The notes under the pieces: generated by a model
Databases searched by the model: none
What the model was told of the DNA's origin: nothing
The model's input: only the letters and a program-made list of their open reading frames with translations
Position numbers and translations under genes: made by a program
In this document: positions 50,273 to 58,847 of the stretch, in pieces
Layout of the letters: each line of letters begins with the position of its first letter
How positions within the stretch are numbered: position 1 is the stretch's first letter
Source of the DNA: Nitrospirota bacterium
GTDB taxonomy: Bacteria; Nitrospirota; UBA9217
Length of the DNA stretch: 64,000 bases
Direction of reading: 5' to 3'
Assembly: GCA_963740085.1 (NCBI GenBank)
Contig: CAVUCU010000001.1
Coordinates: forward strand, 320,001-384,000

Positions 50273-51189
50273 TGGGGTCAAGTCTTGAAATATAAGAATA
50301 AGTATGCTATTGTGTTTCCATGGCTCGACCGCTAAGAATAGAATATCCAAATGCCGTCTATCATGTCACCTCCCGAGGGAATGCGCGGAACAATATATTT
50401 CTGAGCGACCAAGACCGGGAGAATTTTCTCCTTGTTCTTGGCGCCGTCGTCAAGAGGTTCCACTGGTTCTGCCATGCCTGCTGCCTCATGGACAATCATT
50501 ACCATCTTATGATAGAAACCCCCGATGCCAATCTTTCCCGAGGGATGCGTCAGCTTAATGGCGTTTATACGCAGAAATACAATTGGTGGCACAGCAAAAC
50601 CGGTCACATATTCCAAGGACGATATAAATCGATTTTGGTTGAAAAAGAAAACTATCTCTTAGAACTGTGCCGCTATGTGGTTTTGAATCCAGTGCGGGCA
50701 AATATGGTTGAAAAGCCGGATGCATGGAAATGGAGCAGCTACGAAGCGACTGCTGGTTTAAAGTCCGTCCCTGATTATCTGACCGTTGGCTGGATTCTGC
50801 GGCTGTTCAGTAGCAACAAAAAAGAGGCACAGAGACGATATCGCACATTTGTGAGTGAGGGAATACAGGCGGGCTCGCCATGGGGTGATCTGCAGGGTCA
50901 GATACTCCTGGGCGAAGAGGGATTTATAGACAAGTTCAAGGATCATTTAACGGACAAGGAGAAAATTAAAGAAATCCCGCGAGCGCAACGCTATGTGAGC
51001 CGGCCACCATTGTCAAAACTTTTCTCGGCAAACGAAAAAATCTCCATGAGAAACAAACATATTTCCACTGCTCTTGTTAAATATGGCTATACGCTGAAAG
51101 AGATTGCAGACCATCTCGATATCCACTATACTACGGTCAGCAAGGCGATGAAGGTTAGGTGAATAGTGATAATTCAAGACCTGACCCCA
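50273..51189. mobile_element. RAYT cassette bounded by 17-bp inverted repeats
   Basis: tggggtcaagtcttgaa (50273-50289) and ttcaagacctgacccca (51173-51189), 16/17 match. Confidence 0.8.
50320..51162 (+). CDS. REP-associated tyrosine (HUH/Y1) transposase with C-terminal HTH
   Basis: YHVTSRGN, CLM.NHYH (HUH), GHIFQGRYKS, NPVRA, WSSY catalytic Tyr and EIA.HL.IHY.TVS HTH. Confidence 0.9.
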   Translation: MARPLRIEYPNAVYHVTSRGNARNNIFLSDQDRENFLLVLGAVVKRFHWFCHACCLMDNHYHLMIETPDANLSRGMRQLNGVYTQKYNWWHSKTGHIFQGRYKSILVEKENYLLELCRYVVLNPVRANMVEKPDAWKWSSYEATAGLKSVPDYLTVGWILRLFSSNKKEAQRRYRTFVSEGIQAGSPWGDLQGQILLGEEGFIDKFKDHLTDKEKIKEIPRAQRYVSRPPLSKLFSANEKISMRNKHISTALVKYGYTLKEIADHLDIHYTTVSKAMKVR

Positions 51190-51238
51190 TTGATTTCTTT
51201 GTGGCCACGTACGCATCGCAGAATCAGCGAGGTGAATT

Positions 51239-52363
51239 ATGTCCAAAGTCTATTTCTCCACCGCACGTACCCTCAGATGGGACTATAGCCACAGTGTTCC
51301 GGGAAAACTGGAAACCCTGCTCAATAAAATGAACTTCTCGGAACGGTTCATTGAGGACGAATGGGTCGCCATCAAGATGCATTGGGGCTCTCACGGCGCG
51401 TTCCGCATCGTCCCGCCGGTCATGATCCGCAAGGTGGTTAACGCCGTCAAGGCGGCAGGGGGAAAACCCTTTGTCACGGACACGGTCAGGATCATGGGCC
51501 TCGACTATATAGAAGTGGCGAACCAGAATGGATTGAACCACCTCTCCTGCGGCGCGCCGGTGGTGCTGGCTGACGGACTCTACGGCAAGGACAGCATCCT
51601 GGTCAAGGCTGGGCCGCTCCTCGGGGAGATCGCGGTGGCCTCGGCAATTCATGATACACCGGCCATGGTCGTCTGCTCGCACGTCAAGGGGCACATCAAC
51701 TCTGGATATGCCGGTGCGCTCAAGAACCTGGCCATGGGCTGCGTAAGCTCCAGCCATCGAAAAGGAGGCTGGAAAAAAGGGCGCGGCGCGATGCACTGCC
51801 ACGGCGAGATGGGTCTCCAATGGAATGCCGAGAACTGCACCTTCTGCGAGCAGTGCAAGAACATTTGCCCTCTCCACGCCATCGATTTCAAAGAAGGAAC
51901 ATTTGTCGTGGACCAGAACAAGTGCTGGCATTGCGGCCGGTGCAGCAGGGTCTGTCAGGAAGGCGCCCTCACACTTCCCCAGGACGATGTAACGTTCCAG
52001 AAAAGCCTTGCCGAATCCGCGGCGGCCGTGCTCTCCACCTTTAAGAAGGGAAAGGTCGTGTATGTCAACTTCCTGTTCCAGATCCAGCCAGAGTGCGACT
52101 GCATGCCTGTTGCCGATGTGCCGGTGATCCAGGACCAGGGCATTATGATATCCGACGATATCGTGGCCATTGAGCAGGCATCGCTCGATATGCTCAGGGC
52201 CGCCACTCCCCTGCCCCAGTCCGCGGCAGACGAAGCCGGCATCAAGCCCGGTGACGACATCATGTTCAAGCTCAACCCGCGTCCGATGCAGGTCCAGATC
52301 GATGAAGCGGAGAGGCTGGGATTGGGAACGAAGAAGTATGAATTGGTGAGCATAGAACCGTGA
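51239..52363 (+). CDS. DUF362 domain protein with 2x[4Fe-4S] ferredoxin insert
   Basis: AIKMHWG, SHVKGH...GALKNLAMGC, CxxCxxCxxxCP plus a second ferredoxin motif, PECDC. Confidence 0.88.
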   Translation: MSKVYFSTARTLRWDYSHSVPGKLETLLNKMNFSERFIEDEWVAIKMHWGSHGAFRIVPPVMIRKVVNAVKAAGGKPFVTDTVRIMGLDYIEVANQNGLNHLSCGAPVVLADGLYGKDSILVKAGPLLGEIAVASAIHDTPAMVVCSHVKGHINSGYAGALKNLAMGCVSSSHRKGGWKKGRGAMHCHGEMGLQWNAENCTFCEQCKNICPLHAIDFKEGTFVVDQNKCWHCGRCSRVCQEGALTLPQDDVTFQKSLAESAAAVLSTFKKGKVVYVNFLFQIQPECDCMPVADVPVIQDQGIMISDDIVAIEQASLDMLRAATPLPQSAADEAGIKPGDDIMFKLNPRPMQVQIDEAERLGLGTKKYELVSIEP

Positions 52364-52368
52364 GAATA

Positions 52369-52440
52369 ACAGTAGACAGAAGTCAGCAGTGAACCGATTA
52401 CCTGACTCCTGATTCCTGACTTCTGACTTCTGACTCCTGA
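52369..52440. repeat. Inverted heptamer arrays (agtcag / ctgact)
   Basis: acagtagacagaagtcag faces cctgactcctgattcctgacttctgacttctgactcctga. Confidence 0.8.
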
Positions 52441-52454
52441 AAGGTTTTTAAAAA

Positions 52455-53882
52455 ATGTCCAAACGCACAAAGATCATCGCCACCATCGGACCGGCGTCAA
52501 GCTCTGCCGCGGTCATTGCAAAGCTCATCCGGGCCGGCATGGACGCGGCAAGACTGAACTTCTCTCATGGCGACTGGAATGACCATACCAGGCGCATCAG
52601 GCTCATCCGTCAGGAGGCTGAAAAGGCGGGGAAACAGATCGCCATCATCCTGGACCTGCAGGGCCCGAAGCTGCGTGTGGGAAACATCAAGAACGATGCC
52701 GTGACGATCAAGCGGGGAGATTCGATCACGCTCACGACAAAAAAGGTCCTCGGAACAAAAGACCTGGTATCGGTGACCTATCCGCGCCTGGTGAAAGATT
52801 TGAAGATCGGCAACCGCGTGCTCCTGGACGACGGCAGGCTCGCGCTCACGGTCCTTTCAAAAAGCACGGCCGGCCTGCGGTGCAAGGTCACCGGCGGCGG
52901 CATTCTCAGGAGCCACAAAGGAGTCAACCTGCCGGGAACAATACTTTTGCTTCCCTCTCTCTCCCGTAAGGACAAGGCAGACCTCCGATTCGGAATCGCC
53001 CACGATGTGGACTATGTCGCTCTTTCTTTCGTTCGCACCGCCAATGATATCAGCGCCACGCGCCGGTTCCTGAAAGCGCACGGTGCGGACATCCCGGTCA
53101 TTGCAAAGATAGAAAAACCCCAGGCCATCCACAACCTCGACAAAATCATCCTTGCTTCCGACGGGGTGATGGTCGCCCGGGGGGACCTGGGGGTGGAGAT
53201 GTCTCCTGAACAGGTGCCGCTGCTCCAGAAAAGGATCATCGAAGCCTGTAACCGGGCTGAAAAGCCGGTCATCACGGCAACACAGATGCTCGAAAGCATG
53301 ATTGAGAACCCTCAGCCGACGCGGGCCGAAGCGTCGGACGTGGCAAACGCGATCCTCGACGGCACAGACTGTGTCATGCTCTCCGGCGAGACTGCAATGG
53401 GGAAATACCCTGTCCAGACCGTCGAGGTCATGGCACGGATCGCTGAGCAGACCGAGGCTTCGGTGGCTCCCCGGGCTCCGAATACCGATCTGTCCGGCCC
53501 TGATGAAAGCGTGGCGCATGCGGCATGCCGGGCCGCCGAAGAACAGCATGCAAGGGCCATCGTCACGTTCACGCAATCAGGCTCCACTGCCCTCATGGTC
53601 TCGAAGCACCGGCCGAGGATGAGAATCATCGCGCCGACGCCGTTCGACCAGGTCGCCAGAAAGATGTCGCTCTACTGGGGTGTGACCCCCATCCTCCTGA
53701 AGAGCAAGCGCACCACCGACGACATGATCGCAAGCGTGGAGCGCGCCATGCTCTTTATCAAGCTGGCCAAAAACCACGACCTGATCGTGATCACCGCGGG
53801 CGTACCCATCGGCGTGGCCGGCAGCACGAACATGATGAAAATACATCGAATCGGCGAGGTTAAAAGTCTTGAATCCCGATAA
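52455..53882 (+). CDS. pyk: Pyruvate kinase
   Basis: TKIIATIGP, RLNFSHG, AKIEK, MVARGDLGVE, ATQMLESM and MLSGETA motifs. Confidence 0.97.
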   Translation: MSKRTKIIATIGPASSSAAVIAKLIRAGMDAARLNFSHGDWNDHTRRIRLIRQEAEKAGKQIAIILDLQGPKLRVGNIKNDAVTIKRGDSITLTTKKVLGTKDLVSVTYPRLVKDLKIGNRVLLDDGRLALTVLSKSTAGLRCKVTGGGILRSHKGVNLPGTILLLPSLSRKDKADLRFGIAHDVDYVALSFVRTANDISATRRFLKAHGADIPVIAKIEKPQAIHNLDKIILASDGVMVARGDLGVEMSPEQVPLLQKRIIEACNRAEKPVITATQMLESMIENPQPTRAEASDVANAILDGTDCVMLSGETAMGKYPVQTVEVMARIAEQTEASVAPRAPNTDLSGPDESVAHAACRAAEEQHARAIVTFTQSGSTALMVSKHRPRMRIIAPTPFDQVARKMSLYWGVTPILLKSKRTTDDMIASVERAMLFIKLAKNHDLIVITAGVPIGVAGSTNMMKIHRIGEVKSLESR

Positions 53883-53887
53883 AGGAC

Positions 53888-53923
53888 AAAAAAAAGCCGG
53901 GACCTGTATGCAGGTCCCGGCTT
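53888..53923 (-). terminator. Rho-independent terminator between convergent genes
   Basis: Perfect stem aagccgggacctg/caggtcccggctt. The flanking A run gives a U tail on the minus strand. Confidence 0.85.
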
Positions 53924-53945
53924 CAATCAACAAGATCAAATATCA

Positions 53946-54251
53946 TCACTCCTCCGAGTAGTTCGGGTTCGCCGGTTTTCCGTTCTTTCCCAAATATTCC
54001 TGACTGAACGCCGGAATCACGCCCGCCTGGCCATTCTGGGGATGGATCATGAAGCGGTAGGACACGAGTTGTCCAACGGTCTCCATCATATGGTTCCAGC
54101 CCTTTTTAAACAGCGAGCATTCGTTATTGTAGCAAACCCAGAGATAAGGTGAATCCCAGTCAAGGTAGCGTGAGTCCATCTGCTCCATGACCTCTTTGCA
54201 GTGCGGACAGCTCGGGGCTTCCGTGACCTTCCATTCTTTTGTATCCATCAT
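53946..54251 (-). CDS. Small zinc-ribbon protein
   Basis: CPHC and C.NNEC motifs. GGAGG SD. Confidence 0.75.
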   Translation of the reverse strand: MMDTKEWKVTEAPSCPHCKEVMEQMDSRYLDWDSPYLWVCYNNECSLFKKGWNHMMETVGQLVSYRFMIHPQNGQAGVIPAFSQEYLGKNGKPANPNYSEE

Positions 54252-54317
54252 AAAGACCTCCATCAGTTATGGCACATAATACGACCCCGGCCCCCTGATT
54301 GCAATAGTGAATTCATC

Positions 54318-54891
54318 TCAATAATTCTCAGCCCAGAGTTCAAAGAAGCTCTTGGGATGCAGGCACGTCGGGCACTGATCAGGCGGTTCCGTACCTTCGT
54401 GATGATAACCGCAGTTCCTGCAGATCCAGGTCGAGGGTGCATCCTTTTTGAAGACCTTCCCCTTGTTCACATTTTCAAGCAGCTTGAGATACCTTTTTTC
54501 GTGCTCTATTTCAACCTTTGAAATATACCTGAATGCCGCCGCCACATCGGGAAAACCTTCGTGCTGGGCAACGTCCGCACCACCGGGATAGAGCTTCGTC
54601 CATTCCTCATGCTCCCCCTCCGCCGCGGCTTTCAGGTTCTCGGCCGTAGTGCCGATGCGGCCCTGCCGGAAAGGTCGCCGTAAATTCCACCATTCCTCCT
54701 TCGAGGAACTTGAAGAACCGCTTGGCATGCTCCTTCTCGTTCTCAGCGGTCTCGAGGAAGATGGCTGCTATCTGTTCATATCCTTCTTTCTTCGCCGCGC
54801 TCGCGAAGAAGGTGTAGCGGTTTCGTGCCTGCGATTCCCCGGCAAACGCCGCAAGCAGATTTTTTTCCGTTTTGGTCCCTTTGAGCTTCAT
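54318..54891 (-). CDS. rbr: Rubrerythrin (frameshift at about 54661)
   Basis: AFAGESQARNRY and EKEHA in one frame. GE.EE...LY, E..HE.RY and CRNCG...CPTC in the next. Removing one base restores PAGRIGTT. Confidence 0.93.
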
Positions 54892-54918
54892 GGTTCCCTC
54901 CATCTCCTAACAAGTCCG

Positions 54919-56091
54919 TCATCCCCGAGTGCTTCTATCGGGAACAGGGTGTTGGCTTTCATTTTTCCGCATCCTTCCGGGCAGCCCCATTCTCGAAATG
55001 AGGATGTCGGCCCGCGCAAGCAGAAAGTAGCTGATCCGCTCTTTCAGTTTCTGCGTCCACGGCCTCTTGCGCCACTCTTCAACGCGGATACGGACCGCCT
55101 GTTTGAGGTCATCCTCGAAATCCGCGCGGGCCCGTGCTGCGAGTGCCGGGTCGCTCACGACGACCACCAGCTCATAGTTGAAAAATCCGCTCCGGATATC
55201 GAGGTTCGCGGAGCCCGCGACGACGGTGTCGCCGGCGACCGCGAGTTTGGCATGCATCATCGACGGGACATATTCCCAGACCTCGACCCCCGCCCGCAGC
55301 ATCCTGCCGTACAGGCCCCGGGCCGCCCACCGCGCGATCGGAACATCGGTCTTCTGCGAAAAGAGAAGCCGCACCCGCACCCCGCGAATGACCGCGCGTT
55401 TGAGCGCCCGCAGCGTCCTGCCGTGCGGATAGAAATAGCCCATGGCAAGATCGATCTCGGAATGCGCATCCTGGATGACCTGGCGGTAGGCGTTTCGGAC
55501 CGGCCGCATGGGATTCTCCGGCCCGCTTTCAAAGAACCGAACGTTCTTCCCGCCTGCCGTTCTCTTCCTGCGGACAAATCTGAGACGGTGCAAAAAAACC
55601 CTGAATGGCGAATCGGCCTCCCCCCGCATTCGAAGGAACGACCGCTTCAGCCAGGCCACGTCTGTTCCGGCGATCTCAAGCATGTTGTCACGCCAGGGCA
55701 ATTCCCCTCGCGCGCCGCGATAGTATTCGTCGGCAATGTTCATCCCGCCGAGGTAGGCTACACGATCGTCAACAAGAAGCAATTTACGGTGGTTCCTGAA
55801 GAACACGACGCCGCGCGCGAGAGGACGGAACCACTTGACCGAGCCGCCCGCGGTGATAAGCCCGTCCCAGAATGTGTTCGGGAGGTACAGGGACCCCCAG
55901 GAATCAACGAGCACGTCGACCAGGATCCCTCTTTTGGCGGCGGCCGTGAGATGATCACGAAACTCCCTCCCGGTCTCATCGTCGGCGATAATGTACATCT
56001 CGACCGCAATGCAGCGCGATGCCTCCTGTATTGCCGCGAACATGGCAGGGAAGGCCTCTACCCCGTTTTTGAGGAGACGGACGGTGGTCAT
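54919..56091 (-). CDS. Phospholipase D family cardiolipin synthase (ClsB-like)
   Basis: Two HKD-type motifs (RNHRK...D and MHAK....D), GGMNI and GSANLD.RS. Confidence 0.88.
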   Translation of the reverse strand: MTTVRLLKNGVEAFPAMFAAIQEASRCIAVEMYIIADDETGREFRDHLTAAAKRGILVDVLVDSWGSLYLPNTFWDGLITAGGSVKWFRPLARGVVFFRNHRKLLLVDDRVAYLGGMNIADEYYRGARGELPWRDNMLEIAGTDVAWLKRSFLRMRGEADSPFRVFLHRLRFVRRKRTAGGKNVRFFESGPENPMRPVRNAYRQVIQDAHSEIDLAMGYFYPHGRTLRALKRAVIRGVRVRLLFSQKTDVPIARWAARGLYGRMLRAGVEVWEYVPSMMHAKLAVAGDTVVAGSANLDIRSGFFNYELVVVVSDPALAARARADFEDDLKQAVRIRVEEWRKRPWTQKLKERISYFLLARADILISRMGLPGRMRKNESQHPVPDRSTRG

Positions 56092-56101
56092 GAAGGAAAC
56101 T

Positions 56102-56198
56102 CAAAATGCAACGTGTAAACTGCAAAATGCAAACTGACAGTGTGCAATCCTCCATCCATTTTTTTTATTTTTGCATTTTGCATTCTGCCTTTTGCATT
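56102..56198. repeat. Inverted heptamer arrays (aatgcaa / ttgcatt)
   Basis: caaaatgcaacgtgtaaactgcaaaatgcaaac faces ttttgcattttgcattctgccttttgcatt. Confidence 0.8.
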
Positions 56199-56208
56199 CA
56201 CTCACGAA

Positions 56209-56682
56209 TTACACATTCTCGAAGGTGTAATCAACCTTCACTTTCAGGTCTTTTCTGAGTGAATGATACACGGAACAGTACTTCTCCTGCGAAAGCGAGA
56301 TGCCCCTCTCAATTTTTTTTGCCGTGAGGCCGGTCCCGGTAATGGAAATGACCATCTCGATGGAGGTATAGTACTGGGGCGGCGTGGGGTTGCGCTCTCC
56401 CATAATATCCATCTTGTACGACTTGATCTCGACTTTCATTTTTTTGATGAACGACACCATGTCGATCGCCATGCAGCCCGCCAAGCTCAGGAGGAGCGTT
56501 TCGGTCGGCGAGCAACCCCACTGCTGCTGGGCGTCGAACTCCACCTCGTATCCGCGGTTTGTCCTGCCCACGAAGATCAGGTCCTTGTCCCAGGTGAGGG
56601 TCGCCTTGTTCACCTGTGAAACCTTGGATTTGTAGGCATCGAGAGATTCTTCCAGTTCCTTTATTTCCTTTGATTCGGACAC
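56209..56682 (-). CDS. OsmC/YhfA family protein
   Basis: SP.E.LL.SLAGC..ID and LS..KYCSV motifs. GTG start after GGGAG. Confidence 0.9.
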   Translation of the reverse strand: MSESKEIKELEESLDAYKSKVSQVNKATLTWDKDLIFVGRTNRGYEVEFDAQQQWGCSPTETLLLSLAGCMAIDMVSFIKKMKVEIKSYKMDIMGERNPTPPQYYTSIEMVISITGTGLTAKKIERGISLSQEKYCSVYHSLRKDLKVKVDYTFENV

Positions 56683-56876
56683 GTGACGACTCCCTTCTAT
56701 TTTTTTCGTTGTGCGTAACTGCTCAGGTCGTCGCAAGGCGCATGTGCAATAAAGATTGCGCTTCCCGAGCTGATTTCTGTCATTTGGAAAATCCAGGCGT
56801 GCGAATACTCATCTATGCCGGTAATACCCATCATCCCGGCGCACGTGCGACAAAGCGAAGTAACTGACCCGAGTAA

Positions 56877-57206
56877 TCACCGTCGCTCTTTGAATTTTTC
56901 ATTGAGCAGCTGAATAGCCTCGTTTTCTTTGCCCAATTCCGCCTTTAACACATAGGTCTTGATCGCTCCGGCCTCAGCACCGAGCGAAAAGGAATCATAG
57001 GTTGCACGAATGCCGCGAGAGCCGAGATAGGTCACGATCTCCAGCATGTAGGAATCATCATAACCGGCCCCGATATCCGCCCTGAAGATCTCAACATACT
57101 CGACATCATCCCCGTTCATGGGCTGGTCCGGTGAGCCCTTCTTCCAGACATCGCCGTACTCCCACCCTTCGTCGTCAACGGGATCAGTTCCGGGTTTTGT
57201 ACTCAT
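56877..57206 (-). CDS. Hypothetical acidic protein
   Basis: 109-aa ORF directly after a TTGACA-17-TACTAT promoter. Confidence 0.65.
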   Translation of the reverse strand: MSTKPGTDPVDDEGWEYGDVWKKGSPDQPMNGDDVEYVEIFRADIGAGYDDSYMLEIVTYLGSRGIRATYDSFSLGAEAGAIKTYVLKAELGKENEAIQLLNEKFKERR

Positions 57207-57211
57207 AGTGA

Positions 57212-57303
57212 ATAGTAATTGAGAGATGCGTCACTGTCAAATAAAAAATCTTGATACCCTTCAGAACAAGAGGGTTGACAGGAGACCAGACATTGGGTAG
57301 TAT
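57212..57303. promoter_or_regulatory. Back-to-back sigma70 promoters
   Basis: Minus strand: TTGACA (57240-57235)-17-TACTAT. Plus strand: TTGACA (57275-57280)-17-TAGTAT. Confidence 0.65.
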
Positions 57304-57310
57304 CCGGTCC

Positions 57311-57514
57311 ATGATAGAAACCATCAGCTTCCTTTTCGGACTGGGCTTCAGCCTCCTTGTCTATTTCCTTTCCATCAGGCCCCTCAACCAGCCTTGGCCA
57401 AAAAAAATGCTCTATTTCTTTTTCTCGCTCATCGGGATAACCGGCACTGTTTTCCTGATCGGGGTAATGATGGCCCACATGCTCAGGAAACTGGGGGTCA
57501 TTTCTTCGCTGTAG
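57311..57514 (+). CDS. Small two-TM membrane protein
   Basis: 67-aa hydrophobic ORF just after the promoter. Confidence 0.6.
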   Translation: MIETISFLFGLGFSLLVYFLSIRPLNQPWPKKMLYFFFSLIGITGTVFLIGVMMAHMLRKLGVISSL

Positions 57515-57641
57515 TGAAATAATCCGGGGAAGATCAGAATAAATTAGGGGTGGTCCCCTGGTTATAAGACGGAACCTTGACGAGGTATATGTAAAGCTTG
57601 TCCTTCAGCCCTTCGTTGTATCGCCTCGTTCAAAGGTCTAT

Positions 57642-58016
57642 CTACTCAAGCGCATCACGCGCGATCTCGCGGACCCCGGGATGGTCGTCATGCAGGCATC
57701 TTCGCAGTGCATCGATTGCAGACGCATCCTTGATAATGCCGAGCACCGAAGCGGCGTCCCCCCGCATGGTCGGACTCTCATGTTTCAAAAGCTCGATGAT
57801 CCCCGGAACCGCCGCCATAAGTTCCTTCCGATGTTCAACAATAAGTTCTTCCACTAGCGCCGTGGCCCCAAGCCTCACCCGGAGGTTCTCATCACCCAAC
57901 ATATCGGGAATGAACCGGTAGAGAGAGTCGTCCTGCTTGAGTAAAGCAATAATATTTTCGAGGAAGCCATTTCCCATGTACTCGATGAGCATGGCCCTCA
58001 TTTCAATGTCGTTCAT
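57642..58016 (-). CDS. HEAT-repeat protein
   Basis: L.D.N.RVR.GA, L.HE....RGDAA..LG and L.D....VRE.A..AL repeats. Confidence 0.8.
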   Translation of the reverse strand: MNDIEMRAMLIEYMGNGFLENIIALLKQDDSLYRFIPDMLGDENLRVRLGATALVEELIVEHRKELMAAVPGIIELLKHESPTMRGDAASVLGIIKDASAIDALRRCLHDDHPGVREIARDALE

Positions 58017-58143
58017 AAGAGAAATTATTTATATCAAGTGATCTTATAGTAAATTGCTAGATATTACATCAGTACGATGCGGAAAGCTTCATTTTTTTCG
58101 TACTTGAAGATATATGACAGAAAGAAAGTAGTCACTCTCCGAA

Positions 58144-58770
58144 TTATCGTTCAGCAGTCACAATGTTCTTCACTCGCTTCAGCCGGTAGAAGGACTCGCG
58201 CTCCCGTTCGCCGATATACTGGGTAATGGTCCGGACCTGTTGCTTGAGGCCGGGCAGGACCATCTCCTCAAGTACCTTGACCCTTCTGGTCGTTCGCATG
58301 ATCTCCTCCCCAAGCCGCTTGAGCTTGCTCTCGTACTCGGCCAGGTGCAGCATGGACTCCAGCAGCTTTTCAAAGAGCGCGGTCCCCTCTTCAAGGTGCA
58401 GGGTGGCGCCGAATTCGTCGTATCCGCGCTTGTCAGGGTCCCTGAGAGGGACATCGTGGAAAAGAATATCTTTATACCGCAGTCCCCAGATGCTTTTTTC
58501 TATCACGTCAATACCGAAATCCCGCTCTGTGGCGATAACGATCGACTCAATGTTCTCCCTGCCCTCATGTCCAAGCGACAGCGCAAGTTCGCGGAGCGCC
58601 TTGCCGTAGGACTGTCTGATGTCCTCACGGGACCGGAGGAACGGCAGCGTTGCGGCAAGGAACTCCTTGATCAGAGCCTGCTTCCTCGCCTTCAGGATGC
58701 TGATGCTGTTCACGACGGAACGGGACTTTTCTTTTAACAGCAGCAGATTCGTGCGCGTAGGATGTATCAT
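58144..58770 (-). CDS. atpD: V/A-type ATP synthase subunit D
   Basis: PTRTNLL.LK and EI..T.RRV..LE...LP...I.ERERE motifs. Confidence 0.92.
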   Translation of the reverse strand: MIHPTRTNLLLLKEKSRSVVNSISILKARKQALIKEFLAATLPFLRSREDIRQSYGKALRELALSLGHEGRENIESIVIATERDFGIDVIEKSIWGLRYKDILFHDVPLRDPDKRGYDEFGATLHLEEGTALFEKLLESMLHLAEYESKLKRLGEEIMRTTRRVKVLEEMVLPGLKQQVRTITQYIGERERESFYRLKRVKNIVTAER

Positions 58771-58780
58771 CTTTTACCCT

Positions 58781-58847
<67 letters not shown>

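Noticed and set aside
54640-54670. Programmed frameshift in rubrerythrin
   Set aside because: No slippery heptamer or stimulator is visible, and it fits the window-wide homopolymer indel pattern.
54649-56118. Long antisense ORFs (489 aa here, also 14825-16258, 30882-32138, 36939-37958, 6822-7859)
   Set aside because: These are shadows of GC-rich coding genes on the opposite strand and carry no motifs.
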